Assembly: GCA_964354545.1 (NCBI GenBank)
Contig: CAYHAE010000002.1
Location: forward strand, 3,847 to 67,846
Source: an uncultured Planctomycetia bacterium
GTDB taxonomy: Bacteria; Omnitrophota; Gorgyraeia; 2-01-FULL-45-10; JAHFGN01
Length of the DNA stretch: 64,000 nt
Reading direction: 5' to 3'
Within the stretch, counting starts at the first letter, position 1; each line of letters opens with the position of its first letter. The position numbers and the translations under genes are program-made. The notes beneath the pieces are model-generated. The model worked only from the letters and a program-made list of their open reading frames with translations, was not told the DNA's origin and ran no database searches. Of this stretch, positions 36,611 to 45,422 are shown in pieces.

Positions 36611-36654
36611 GATAGCATTATTCGTATCTCATATAAGCACTATTTCAATAGGAC

Positions 36655-38955
36655 ATGGGCTCCATTCGTACGCTCCATTCTCACGGTATAAAATTCGCAG
36701 TTGCCGCTGCCGGCGCCACGAGCATCGCATCGCAGATCATCCTGATGCGAGAATTCTTCGCGGTCTTTTATGGAAACGAGCTCTCCGTGGGGTTGGTCCT
36801 CGCGATATGGCTGGTATGCGGCTCGGCGGGCAGTATCCTCATAGGCCGGGTGAGCCTACGCCGCGTCTCGATCGCGGCTCTCTTTGCGATCTTCCAAGGG
36901 GCAATCGCGATCATCCTCCCGCTATCGATCCTCGAGGCGAGGTCCATAAAGCACGTCTTCGGCGTCCTTCCGGGGCAGCTCCTCGGGATGTGGAATCTCG
37001 TCGTCTCCGCACTCGTCATCCTCTCGCCCCTGTGCATCCTCCTGGGATCCCTCTTTACCCTTGGGTGCACGCTGTACAAATCGCACAAACCCCACCTGAG
37101 GACCGGCGGCACCTTCCTTGTCGAATCGATCGGATCCGCGTGCGGGGGGCTGCTCGTGAGCCTGGTTCTCATCCGATTTTTCAATAACTTAGCGATCGCG
37201 TCCGCGCTCTCCTTCATAAACCTCGCATCAGCATATGCTGTATCTCGAGAGATAAAAGACGGGGCGCTCTCGAGGGCCTTTCTGAAAGTCCTCCTGCCTG
37301 TCCTCATGGTGCTCACGCTCGCCCTGTATCCCATGGGCCTGATCGAGCGGCTCGATGCAGTCTCTCTAAAAAAGGAATTCCCCCATCTTGAGATCGAATG
37401 CTCGAGGACCTCTGTCTATGGGACTATAGTTGCGGTAAAGAAGGGCGTCCAGACCTCTTTCTTCACGAACGGGCTCCGTACGTTCACCTACCCTGATAGG
37501 TTCACCTCTGAGGAGACGGTACATTTTTCGATGCTCACACACAGAGACCCGAGACGCGTCCTCCTCATAGGCGGCGGAGCCGGGGGTACGCTCGAAGAGC
37601 TGTTGAAATACCCCGTCGAAGGCATTGATTATATCGAGCTCGACCCTGCGCTCATCGAAACGGCGCGGCAGGTCCTGCGGAGCTATAGCGCCGCATATCT
37701 GGACAACCCCAAGGTCCGCGTCGTCACCATGGACGGCAGGTTCTTTGTGAAAAACACCGCATCGCGCTACGACGTCATCATCATCGACTTGCCGAACCCC
37801 TACACGGCGCAGATCAATCGATTCTACACAAAAGAATTCTACGGGGAGACCGCCCGCATATTGAACGAAGGAGGCATCGTATCGTTCGCGTTAACCGCAA
37901 GCGAGAGCTATATAGGCCAGGACCTCTCCCGGTTCCTGAGCTCGCTCTATTGGACAGCGAGGAGCATCTTTCCGGACGTCTCGCTGGTTCCCGGCGACAG
38001 GGTCATATTCTTGCTCTCGAAGAGACGCGGGGCGACCGAATTCGATTCCCGCACATTCCTGCAACGCCTCAGGGAACGGAATATCCCCACGCAGTACGTT
38101 CGAGAGTATTATCTCGATACGCGACTGTCACGCCGCAACAGGGATTACTTGCGATCGAGGCTGGACGAGAGCGGGAAGGTCAAGGTGAACCTTGATTTTG
38201 CACCCATATCGTATTACTACGACCTCGTCCTGTGGGCGTCGTACTTTAACGACCTTTTCTCCATAGCGCTCAGAAACCTTCGGGGGGAGTGGATGTGGCT
38301 TGCCCTCATATGCGGCGTTGGCCTTATCCTTGCAGCCCTCGCGAGGGCTCATGCGAGGGGGCGAGTCCTGTGTGCGATCGGAGTTGTCGGATTTTCTCAA
38401 ATCGCGTTCGAAATTTTGGTCATACTTCTATTTCAGGTCCTTTATGGATATGTCTATGAGAGGCTGGGCCTCATAATAACATTGTTCATGGTCGGGTTGA
38501 GCATCGGCAGTGTGTTCATGCTGAGGAGACTGGAGCGCGTGAGAGACCCCATGAAGTCGTTGAGGTCCCTGGTCATGTCGGTCGTCCTCTACCTCGCCCT
38601 CACGCCGTTCTTGGCCTCGGTCCTGCAGGCATCCCGCGGCCGTCTGCTGCAGACAGCCGGCGGCATAGTCATCGCAGGGCTGCTCCCGTTCGTATCCGGC
38701 TTTATCGGGGGAGCCTCGTTTCAAGCGGCGAACAAGATCTATCTTCACGGACTCCGAGACGACGCGGCCGCAGCTGCAAGCGGTGTGCTCTATGGTGTCG
38801 ATCTCATAGGATCTGCGATTGGAGCAATGGCGGTAAGCGCCCTGCTCGTACCTGTTGTCGGCATTTACGAGACGTGCGAGATGGTGCTTATACTGAACGT
38901 CTCCGTTCTCGTCCTCTTGTCAGTCAAGGACCGCAGGCAGGTTCGAAGTGCTTGA
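36655..38955 (+). CDS. polytopic membrane protein with central spermidine-synthase-like domain
   Basis: TM blocks at both ends; LLIGGGAGG, IELDP, DGRFFV, DVIIIDLPNP. Confidence 0.85.
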   Translation: MGSIRTLHSHGIKFAVAAAGATSIASQIILMREFFAVFYGNELSVGLVLAIWLVCGSAGSILIGRVSLRRVSIAALFAIFQGAIAIILPLSILEARSIKHVFGVLPGQLLGMWNLVVSALVILSPLCILLGSLFTLGCTLYKSHKPHLRTGGTFLVESIGSACGGLLVSLVLIRFFNNLAIASALSFINLASAYAVSREIKDGALSRAFLKVLLPVLMVLTLALYPMGLIERLDAVSLKKEFPHLEIECSRTSVYGTIVAVKKGVQTSFFTNGLRTFTYPDRFTSEETVHFSMLTHRDPRRVLLIGGGAGGTLEELLKYPVEGIDYIELDPALIETARQVLRSYSAAYLDNPKVRVVTMDGRFFVKNTASRYDVIIIDLPNPYTAQINRFYTKEFYGETARILNEGGIVSFALTASESYIGQDLSRFLSSLYWTARSIFPDVSLVPGDRVIFLLSKRRGATEFDSRTFLQRLRERNIPTQYVREYYLDTRLSRRNRDYLRSRLDESGKVKVNLDFAPISYYYDLVLWASYFNDLFSIALRNLRGEWMWLALICGVGLILAALARAHARGRVLCAIGVVGFSQIAFEILVILLFQVLYGYVYERLGLIITLFMVGLSIGSVFMLRRLERVRDPMKSLRSLVMSVVLYLALTPFLASVLQASRGRLLQTAGGIVIAGLLPFVSGFIGGASFQAANKIYLHGLRDDAAAAASGVLYGVDLIGSAIGAMAVSALLVPVVGIYETCEMVLILNVSVLVLLSVKDRRQVRSA

Positions 38956-38980
38956 CGGGTAAATGGGCGTATGTTATACT
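38952..38980 (+). promoter_or_regulatory. sigma70-type promoter
   Basis: TTGACG-17-TATACT with TG extension. Confidence 0.6.
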
Positions 38981-39092
38981 GGTTTTCGCTCTTGTATCTG
39001 TTCGTGCGGCGGGCGTGCACGGTAAAGGGTAGAAGAAGTTCCAAAGAGTGCCCGCGGGGCTTGAACATAGTTACAAAAAGGGAGGTACTACA

Positions 39093-39431
39093 TTGAAATC
39101 ATTGCTGCTCGTGGGCATAAGCTGTACGTTTCTCGTGGCTGGTTGCGCGGGCATTCAGCCTCCATCCCCTGAAGAGGTCTTAAGGCACCCCCTTGGCTCC
39201 GATCCCATAAAGATAGGCATGACAAAAGAGGAAGTCGAATCTATCTGGGGTAAGCCGGACGAGATACGCCAGGTAGAGGACAAGGCGCTTGGTAAGGGAG
39301 CGAGAGAGGAATGGGTGTATCGCCCTGCTGAATATGGGGCAATCATGCCAGTCCCTGTCGATGCCGGTTACTTGTCCAAGACGAAACGTCTTTATTTCGA
39401 CGGGGAGAATCTCACTCACATCAGGGACTAG
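39093..39431 (+). CDS. SmpA/BamE-like lipoprotein
   Basis: GGAGGT RBS + TTG; lipobox LVAGC; IKIGMTKEEVESIWGKP, EEWVY. Confidence 0.7.
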   Translation: MKSLLLVGISCTFLVAGCAGIQPPSPEEVLRHPLGSDPIKIGMTKEEVESIWGKPDEIRQVEDKALGKGAREEWVYRPAEYGAIMPVPVDAGYLSKTKRLYFDGENLTHIRD

Positions 39432-39440
39432 GCCCTTTCG

Positions 39441-39635
39441 ATGAAATGTCAGAATCTGCAAAAGAACAGGTCCGGCTGCCCGTGCACGTATGAGCCTTGC
39501 GAGAAGAAGGGTGTATGCTGCGAGTGCATAAGATACCATATATCAATGCGGCAGCTGCCCGCATGCGTTTTCTCTCCTAAACAAGAATCCGCGTATGATA
39601 GGTCCATAGAGGCCTTCATCGCGGAGAACGGCTGA
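39441..39635 (+). CDS. small Cys-rich protein (DUF6485-like)
   Basis: [21 protein letters not shown]...LPACVF...YDRS. Confidence 0.75.
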   Translation: MKCQNLQKNRSGCPCTYEPCEKKGVCCECIRYHISMRQLPACVFSPKQESAYDRSIEAFIAENG

Positions 39636-39639
39636 CGTC

Positions 39640-39999
39640 ATGATGAGGTCCATGTGTAAATCCAAGCTCCACAGGGTGAGGGTGAAGAAGGTTGACCTTC
39701 ACTACGAAGGTTCCATCGGAATCGATGCGAGCCTCCTGAGAGCGGCGGACATCATCCCGTATGAGATGGTCCACGTCCTCAACGTGACGAGCGGCGCGCG
39801 GTTCGAGACGTATGCGATTGAGGAGAAGGCGGGTACGGGAACGGTCGCGCTCTACGGCGCCGCTGCCCACCTGGGCGAGGTAAGCGATATTCTGATAATA
39901 CTCTCATATGCCCTCGTCGATGAAAGCGGCGCAAAGGTATTGAGGCCCCGCCTCGTATTCGTGAACCGTGACAACAAGATCGTCCGGAAGCCGGCCTGA
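39640..39999 (+). CDS. panD: aspartate 1-decarboxylase
   Basis: KSKLHR, YEGSIGID (Gly-Ser cleavage site), RFETYAI, GAAA. Confidence 0.92.
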   Translation: MMRSMCKSKLHRVRVKKVDLHYEGSIGIDASLLRAADIIPYEMVHVLNVTSGARFETYAIEEKAGTGTVALYGAAAHLGEVSDILIILSYALVDESGAKVLRPRLVFVNRDNKIVRKPA

Positions 40000-40007
40000 T
40001 CCGGAGC

Positions 40008-40514
40008 ATGCCCGTGCCCATTTTAAAAATCAAAACGTATCCCGATCCTCTCCTGAAAAACAAAGCTAAAAAGGTCGCCGTCATCACCGACGTCGAGAAG
40101 AAGCTCTTTTCCGATATGGCTGAGACGATGTACCTGAACCAGGGCATCGGGCTGGCGGCAACGCAGGTAGGGGTTGACAAGCAGTTGGTGGTGATAGACG
40201 TGGGGGAGGGCCTTGTGAAGATTGCCAACCCCGTGATAATGAAAAGGATAGGGTGGGGTTGCATCGAAGAGGGATGTCTTTCTGTGCCGGGCGTACAGGT
40301 CAAGATAAAAAGGGCACAGAGGATCCTCATTCAGTTCTTAAATGAAGAGGGCGAGATCGTAACGTGTGAGGTGAACGGGCTTTATGCTCGCGCCCTCCAG
40401 CACGAGATGGACCATCTATTTGGAAAACTCATCGTCGATTATCTAAATCCAATAAAAAGGTTGTTTATTTCAAAAAATTACAAAAAAAGAGTTGACAAAA
40501 CAAAGAATCTGTGA
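40008..40514 (+). CDS. def: peptide deformylase
   Basis: GIGLAATQVG, EGCLS, QHEMDHL. Confidence 0.95.
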   Translation: MPVPILKIKTYPDPLLKNKAKKVAVITDVEKKLFSDMAETMYLNQGIGLAATQVGVDKQLVVIDVGEGLVKIANPVIMKRIGWGCIEEGCLSVPGVQVKIKRAQRILIQFLNEEGEIVTCEVNGLYARALQHEMDHLFGKLIVDYLNPIKRLFISKNYKKRVDKTKNL

Positions 40515-40520
40515 TAAGCT
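40492..40520 (+). promoter_or_regulatory. sigma70-type promoter overlapping the def 3' end
   Basis: TTGACA-17-TAAGCT with TG extension. Confidence 0.55.
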
Positions 40521-40587
40521 CTTTTTAATCAAAAGAGTGAATTTTAGGTGTTGATATCATTTTTCAGGATATGTCGCAGAATTTAGC

Positions 40588-40632
40588 ATGCCATACAAGT
40601 GGTGTTATATACACATGTAGGGCATTTTTTTT
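40588..40632 (+). terminator. terminator-like hairpin
   Basis: ATGCC..TACA..GTG / CAC..TGTA..GGCAT followed by a T run. Confidence 0.55.
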
Positions 40633-40919
40633 ATCCGCCTCCGCAGAAGACCCCGCCCATGGGCGGGGAGCGAATTTCGTTACAACGGAATTCATGCAAC
40701 TATAAGCTTCTGCGGATGTTCTACTTCGCTCTTCGCCAGATAAACCCTGGCAGGGCTTCGTAGGAACTATTCCTGCGAAGCTCTCTATAGTCTAACTGCT
40801 GTAGCGAAGCAGAATGTCGCTTGAGTGACTCGTAGGCGGATAACCCGCCGAAGCCTATCTTCGTCGAGTAGCTTCTTTGGCGAAGGCGGGTATATAGGAT
40901 ACCGCGGGCATGCCCGCGG
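40631..40919. repeat. composite palindromic repeat element, copy B
   Basis: TTATCCGCCT/AGGCGGATAA 10-bp inverted repeat, nested hairpins, CCCGCCGAAG...GGCGAAGGCGGG, perfect palindrome CCGCGGGCATGCCCGCGG. Confidence 0.75.
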
Positions 40920-40960
40920 ACGCTCCATATATGAAATAATTCGAGAAAGGAGGAGAAGTA

Positions 40961-41161
40961 ATGGCACAGGGTACAGTGAAGTGGTTCAATGACAAGAAGG
41001 GTTATGGCTTTATAATCGCCGACACCGGAAAAGACGTTTTCGTACATCATTCTGCGATAGAGGGAGAAGGCTACAAGTCATTGAAAGAAGGCGATAAGGT
41101 TCAATTCGAGATAGTCAATAGCCCTAAGGGCGAACAGGCAACCAAAGTCGTTAAGCTATAA
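40961..41161 (+). CDS. cold-shock protein (CspA family)
   Basis: [23 protein letters not shown]. Confidence 0.95.
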   Translation: MAQGTVKWFNDKKGYGFIIADTGKDVFVHHSAIEGEGYKSLKEGDKVQFEIVNSPKGEQATKVVKL

Positions 41162-41187
41162 AAAGCAGCATAAGGCGTAACGGGCAT

Positions 41188-41240
41188 GCCCCCTTCAGCT
41201 ATTGCCTCATATGGTATCCAGCGAGAAGGGGGCTTGTGTT
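41188..41240 (+). terminator. hairpin after csp, possible terminator
   Basis: GCCCCCTTC / GAAGGGGGC with a large loop and weak U tract. Confidence 0.4.
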
Positions 41241-41299
41241 TAAGAGAGTGACGGGTGGCGTGCATATAAGCGCGTGTCAACCTGACAGGGTAGGTGTGT

Positions 41300-41746
41300 A
41301 TGTCCCTCTATGAAAAGGTCGAAGCGGACATGAGAGCCGCGCTCAGGGCGCGGGATGCATTGACGTTGTCAGTGCTGAGGATGCTGCTCGCCGGGATCAG
41401 GTACATGGAGATCGAGAAGAAGGTCAAGACCCTGGAAGATCCCGATATCTGTCAATTGCTCCAGAGGCAGATAAAGCAGCACCGGGATTCCATAGAGCAG
41501 TTCCAAAAGGGGGGTCGGCAGGATCTCGTCGATAAAGAAACGAAAGAACTTCGGATATTGGAATCCTACCTGCCCGAACAATTGAGCGAAGGCGAGTTGA
41601 GGGCGGTGATAGCCGAAGCGATGCAGCAGACGGGCGCTGCTGCCAAGAGAGACGCCGGAAAAGTGATAAAGGCCGTCATGGAGAAGGCCAGGGGCAGGGT
41701 TGAGGGTAAGGCAGTAAACTCTCTGGTAATGGAACTCTTGAAATAG
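41300..41746 (+). CDS. GatB/YqeY domain protein
   Basis: DSIEQFQKGGRQDL, YLPEQLS, GKVIKAVM. Confidence 0.9.
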   Translation: MSLYEKVEADMRAALRARDALTLSVLRMLLAGIRYMEIEKKVKTLEDPDICQLLQRQIKQHRDSIEQFQKGGRQDLVDKETKELRILESYLPEQLSEGELRAVIAEAMQQTGAAAKRDAGKVIKAVMEKARGRVEGKAVNSLVMELLK

Positions 41747-41816
41747 ATCCCGCTACTACTTTCGCGGACATTTCGATCCATCTATGACATGCGGGTAATG
41801 GGGTACATGAATTCGC

Positions 41817-41845
41817 TTGCCTTTCGGAGACTTTTAGTATAGAAT
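41817..41845 (+). promoter_or_regulatory. sigma70-type promoter
   Basis: TTGCCT-17-TAGAAT. Confidence 0.5.
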
Positions 41846-41893
41846 AAATGCAATTTAGAATATTTAATAAACCTGGAAAGGGGGAAAGGGAAG

Positions 41894-42301
41894 ATGAAGG
41901 GGAAAAGGATTTTCGCAGTACTTATGGTACTGGCAATCGCATTCTTCGCGGTCTCAAGCGCGATCGCCGAGGGAGAGTCGGCAGGACAAAAGTTCAAGAA
42001 CTTCTGGAAGCGGCTCTTCAATTATCCTGCAAAGGTAGTTGAAAAGTCCGGTGAGACAGTTGCGACGGCGACCAAGAATACCGCCGGTGTCGTAAGCACA
42101 TCGGTGACAGAAACAACCAAAACAGTGACGGGCCAGTCTGATGCGCCAGAGAAGATGATAACCGAACCAGTGAAAGGTGCGGTCGAGACGGTCGGTACAG
42201 CCGCACAAGAGACCGTTTCTATACCTGTCGAGGCAGCCAAGGCGACTGAAAGCGCCGCAGAGACACAAGAAGCGCCTGCGCCTACGGCAGAGAATAAGTA
42301 A
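41894..42301 (+). CDS. hypothetical exported Thr/Ala/Glu-rich protein
   Basis: Sec signal peptide (AIA cleavage), low-complexity mature part. Confidence 0.7.
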   Translation: MKGKRIFAVLMVLAIAFFAVSSAIAEGESAGQKFKNFWKRLFNYPAKVVEKSGETVATATKNTAGVVSTSVTETTKTVTGQSDAPEKMITEPVKGAVETVGTAAQETVSIPVEAAKATESAAETQEAPAPTAENK

Positions 42302-42318
42302 TTTGTCACTATCCCGAC

Positions 42319-42458
42319 ACCAGAGGACCACAGGCTTTGCCTACGGGTTGCGTTGCTTCCAGCGCATGGCGGATCGGGACGTCGCCCCAAAAGGGGTGTA
42401 GAATTTTAGGGACCCCGGGCTGGGCTGCCAACGGCAGGCATACCCATGGGACTCTGGT
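42319..42458. ncRNA. candidate rod-shaped structured RNA (6S-like possible)
   Basis: Nested pairings ACCAGAG/CTCTGGT, TGCCT/AGGCA, GTTG/CAAC, CCAGC/GCTGG, apical GCCCC-AAAA-GGGGT; followed by a terminator. Confidence 0.45.
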
Positions 42459-42504
42459 AGAAAAGCCATATTTCCTCCCCGCAAAGAGAGATATGGCTTT
42501 TCTA
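42458..42504. terminator. bidirectional intrinsic terminator
   Basis: Perfect 14-bp stem TAGAAAAGCCATAT / ATATGGCTTTTCTA. Confidence 0.75.
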
Positions 42505-42603
42505 TAGTCGGTAGTTCTATCGGATGCGAGAGAAGGCGGACGGAGGAGCGCATGTAGTGCGGACCCGCTGACCGGCGCCGATGTGTAAATGTAAGGGGGA
42601 ACC

Positions 42604-42750
42604 ATGAGAAAGGCTGTGGTGATTTTTTTGCTCGCGGCGTTCAGCGCATGTCTCTTTGGCTGTGGAGAGACGGTGAGCGGCATCGGCAAAGATGCGAGGC
42701 GGATAGGAAAAGGCGTGAAGACGGTATTTATTCGCGATCAGGGTAAATAG
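42604..42750 (+). CDS. entericidin EcnA/B-like small lipoprotein (48 aa; absent from the ORF track)
   Basis: AAGGGGGA RBS; MRKAVVIFLLAAFSACLFGC|GETVSGIGKDARRIGKGVK..., lipobox LFGC, TxxGxGKD pattern. Confidence 0.75.
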   Translation: MRKAVVIFLLAAFSACLFGCGETVSGIGKDARRIGKGVKTVFIRDQGK

Positions 42751-42754
42751 GGCC

Positions 42755-43468
42755 GTGCCTTGCAGGGTGAGGGATTTCGGCAGCATCTGCATTCTGGACA
42801 TAGAGGGAAAGATCGACATCAACTCCTTTGAAGTCATCGAGACCGTGGGGTGGATCATCAATAGCGGCAGGCTGAACATACTGTGCAATTTAGAGAATCT
42901 GGATATGGTGGATTACGGCGGATTGTCTGTCCTTGCGATCGCCTACAAGAACGTCATAAATCATAGCGGGAAGATGAAATTCTTGAACGTCCCTCTCCCC
43001 GTAATGGAGCTTTTCAGGATGGTGAGGCTCGATATGGTCTTCGAGTGCTACTATGACCAATCGATCGCGTTCAGCAGTTTCATAGAAGAGACAGAGATAA
43101 GCAGGATGCACTTGAGGAGAAGGTTTAAGAGATTGGATATACATTTAAAGGTGAAGTATAGAGTGATGAGCAACAAAGACCAACCCGTCGTATTCGAGGG
43201 TGACGTGCTGAATATCAGCGGTTCGGGTATTTTTATATATACGAAACATACATTTACGGTCACCAGCCCCCTGGTGCTCGAGCTCATGCTCCCCGGCGAG
43301 TCGAAGCCGGTCGAGATCCATGGAAAGGTAACATGGCTGTCGGACAAGGAGCTGCAGCCCCACTCCTATCCCGGGATGGGTATCGGGTTCTCCCGTATAG
43401 GACCGGAAACAGAGCGCCTCATCGCAGATTTTGTCGAAAAGAATGTCACGCATAGGGCGGAAGGATGA
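42755..43468 (+). CDS. STAS-PilZ fusion protein
   Basis: STAS (ILDIEGKID...LDMVDYGGL...LFRMVRLD), PilZ RRRFKR and NISGSG. Confidence 0.8.
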   Translation: MPCRVRDFGSICILDIEGKIDINSFEVIETVGWIINSGRLNILCNLENLDMVDYGGLSVLAIAYKNVINHSGKMKFLNVPLPVMELFRMVRLDMVFECYYDQSIAFSSFIEETEISRMHLRRRFKRLDIHLKVKYRVMSNKDQPVVFEGDVLNISGSGIFIYTKHTFTVTSPLVLELMLPGESKPVEIHGKVTWLSDKELQPHSYPGMGIGFSRIGPETERLIADFVEKNVTHRAEG

Positions 43469-44490
43469 TGAAGGCTGAATCGACGCGGTGTGCACATAGC
43501 GGATGTACGAATTCCCCTCTGAGTTATGCGGAAACCTGTTGGGAACACACGCGCGATAAGGAGGCATATGCGGCGCGGATCATCACCATGCTGCAGGAGG
43601 GCCGGAGCCTCAAGGGCGCGAATCTGGAAAAAGTTATCTTAAAGGACATCAATGTCCCGAGGGCGGATTTTTCCGGAGCCCATCTGTCCCAGGCAGACCT
43701 CTCTCATTCCCGCCTGTTTGACGCGAATTTTGAAGGGGCCCACCTCCTGGGCGCGGAATTGTCGGACTCGGATTTGACTCACTGTAATTTCAGGAACGCG
43801 GATCTCACAAAGGCTAATCTCTCAGATGCGCGGCTGTGGAACGCGCTGCTGGAGAACGCGGTCCTTTCGGAGGCGTCGTTATTTGGCGCCGACCTCTGGA
43901 ACTCTAATCTGCATAATTCCAGGGTGTGGCATACAAACTTCAATAATGCAAAATCGCTCGCCCGCAGAAACTTCTCGCAGGACCCGAGCCTCCTGTGGAC
44001 GTCGAAGATACGCGAAGACGGCCTCATGTCGGCGAAAGAGGCGTATAGGGACCTGAAGCTGTACTTTCTCACCAACGGGATATACGATGACGCAGGGTGG
44101 GCTGCGTTCAGGGAGAAGACGATCGAGCGGTTCATTATGAAGAAGAACCGGGACCCGCGCTACATACCCAGCCTCGTGATGGGTGCCCTCTGCGGCTACG
44201 GTGAGAAGCCGGGGAGGATCATCCTCTCGGCGATGCTTGCCATCCTCGTCTACGCATTTCTCTATTATTTTCTCAATACCGTCGAGAGCCCCGGATTGCC
44301 GCAGTACACCATGAACTGGGCCGATTACATATACTATAGCACCGTGACCTTCACGACCGTAGGATATGGGGATTTCATTCCGCGCTCGAACGCGTTCTTT
44401 CGGCTCCTTGCAGCGAGCGAGGCGTTCATAGGCGTATTCCTTACGGGGCTGTTTATCTTTACATTGGCGAGACGTTATTCTGCGCGATGA
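43465..44490 (+). CDS. pentapeptide-repeat protein fused to a 2-TM potassium channel domain
   Basis: ADFSG/AHLSQ/ADLSH repeats; selectivity filter TTVGYGD. Confidence 0.88.
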   Translation: MMKAESTRCAHSGCTNSPLSYAETCWEHTRDKEAYAARIITMLQEGRSLKGANLEKVILKDINVPRADFSGAHLSQADLSHSRLFDANFEGAHLLGAELSDSDLTHCNFRNADLTKANLSDARLWNALLENAVLSEASLFGADLWNSNLHNSRVWHTNFNNAKSLARRNFSQDPSLLWTSKIREDGLMSAKEAYRDLKLYFLTNGIYDDAGWAAFREKTIERFIMKKNRDPRYIPSLVMGALCGYGEKPGRIILSAMLAILVYAFLYYFLNTVESPGLPQYTMNWADYIYYSTVTFTTVGYGDFIPRSNAFFRLLAASEAFIGVFLTGLFIFTLARRYSAR

Positions 44491-45422
44491 AATGGACCCC
44501 TTCCTTTGCACAGGAACTGCTCGAGAAGTGCTCGGTATGCCCGAGGGGGTGCGGCGTCAATAGAGTTCGCGGCCAGACAGGGTACTGCAGGGCAGGATTC
44601 AATCCGAAAGTATACAGCTATTCACCTCATCACGGGGAAGAACCTGTCCTCTCAGGCGCGAGAGGTTCCGGTACGATATTCTTCACCCACTGCACTATGA
44701 AGTGCGTCTATTGCCAGAACTACTATTTCAGTCAGCTCGACGAGGGGGACGAGGTCTCCATCGAGGGCCTCGCGGCGATTATGAGCGAGCTTGAGAAGGC
44801 CGGATGCCACAACGTGAACCTCGTGAGCCCTACGCACTATGTCCCCCAGATAGCGGCGGCGCTCGAGCGTGCGCGTGAAAAGGGATTGAAAATACCGGTC
44901 GTCTATAATTCGGGCGGTTACGATACCGCGGAGACGATAAGGCGTCTGGAAGGCCTCATCGACATATATATGCCCGACATGCGATACGGCTCCGACGAGA
45001 TGGCGAAGGCGTATTCCGACGCCGGCCGCTACGTTGAATTCAACAGAGGTGCGGTCCGGGAGATGCAGAAGCAGGTCGGCGACCTCGTGTGCGATGAGGA
45101 GGGGATCGCGCGGAGGGGGCTGATCATCAGGCTTCTCGTGTTGCCGGAAGGCGCATCCGGCACGAAAGAGACCCTAAGGTTCATCGCGAAGGAGATCTCG
45201 AAAAATTCCTACCTCAGCATCATGAGCCAGTATTACCCCACATTCAAGGCCTACAACTACGAGGCGTTGTCGAGGGGTGTGACGCAGTCCGAATACAGAG
45301 AGGTCGTCGAGGAGGCGATCGACCTTGGATTGGAGAACGGATGGGTCCAGGACCTCCCTTCGGGAGTCGATGCGAGATTCGCGGGAACGAACATTAAACC
45401 GGGGCGGAAAAAGGATGGCTAG
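44487..45422 (+). CDS. PflX-like radical SAM protein
   Basis: CSVCPRGCGVNR, HHGEEP, CTMKCVYCQN, NLVSPTHY, IYMPD. Confidence 0.88.
   Translation: MKWTPSFAQELLEKCSVCPRGCGVNRVRGQTGYCRAGFNPKVYSYSPHHGEEPVLSGARGSGTIFFTHCTMKCVYCQNYYFSQLDEGDEVSIEGLAAIMSELEKAGCHNVNLVSPTHYVPQIAAALERAREKGLKIPVVYNSGGYDTAETIRRLEGLIDIYMPDMRYGSDEMAKAYSDAGRYVEFNRGAVREMQKQVGDLVCDEEGIARRGLIIRLLVLPEGASGTKETLRFIAKEISKNSYLSIMSQYYPTFKAYNYEALSRGVTQSEYREVVEEAIDLGLENGWVQDLPSGVDARFAGTNIKPGRKKDG

Noticed and set aside
42319-42458. c-di-GMP-I riboswitch, SRP RNA, tmRNA or RNase P identity for the structured RNA
   Set aside because: Lacks the GCAAA/GAAA P1 features, the SRP GGAA loop motif, tRNA-like ends and GAGGAAAGUCC
43600-43960. 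Repetitive sequence within the channel gene
   Set aside because: Explained by protein pentapeptide repeats, not a DNA repeat element
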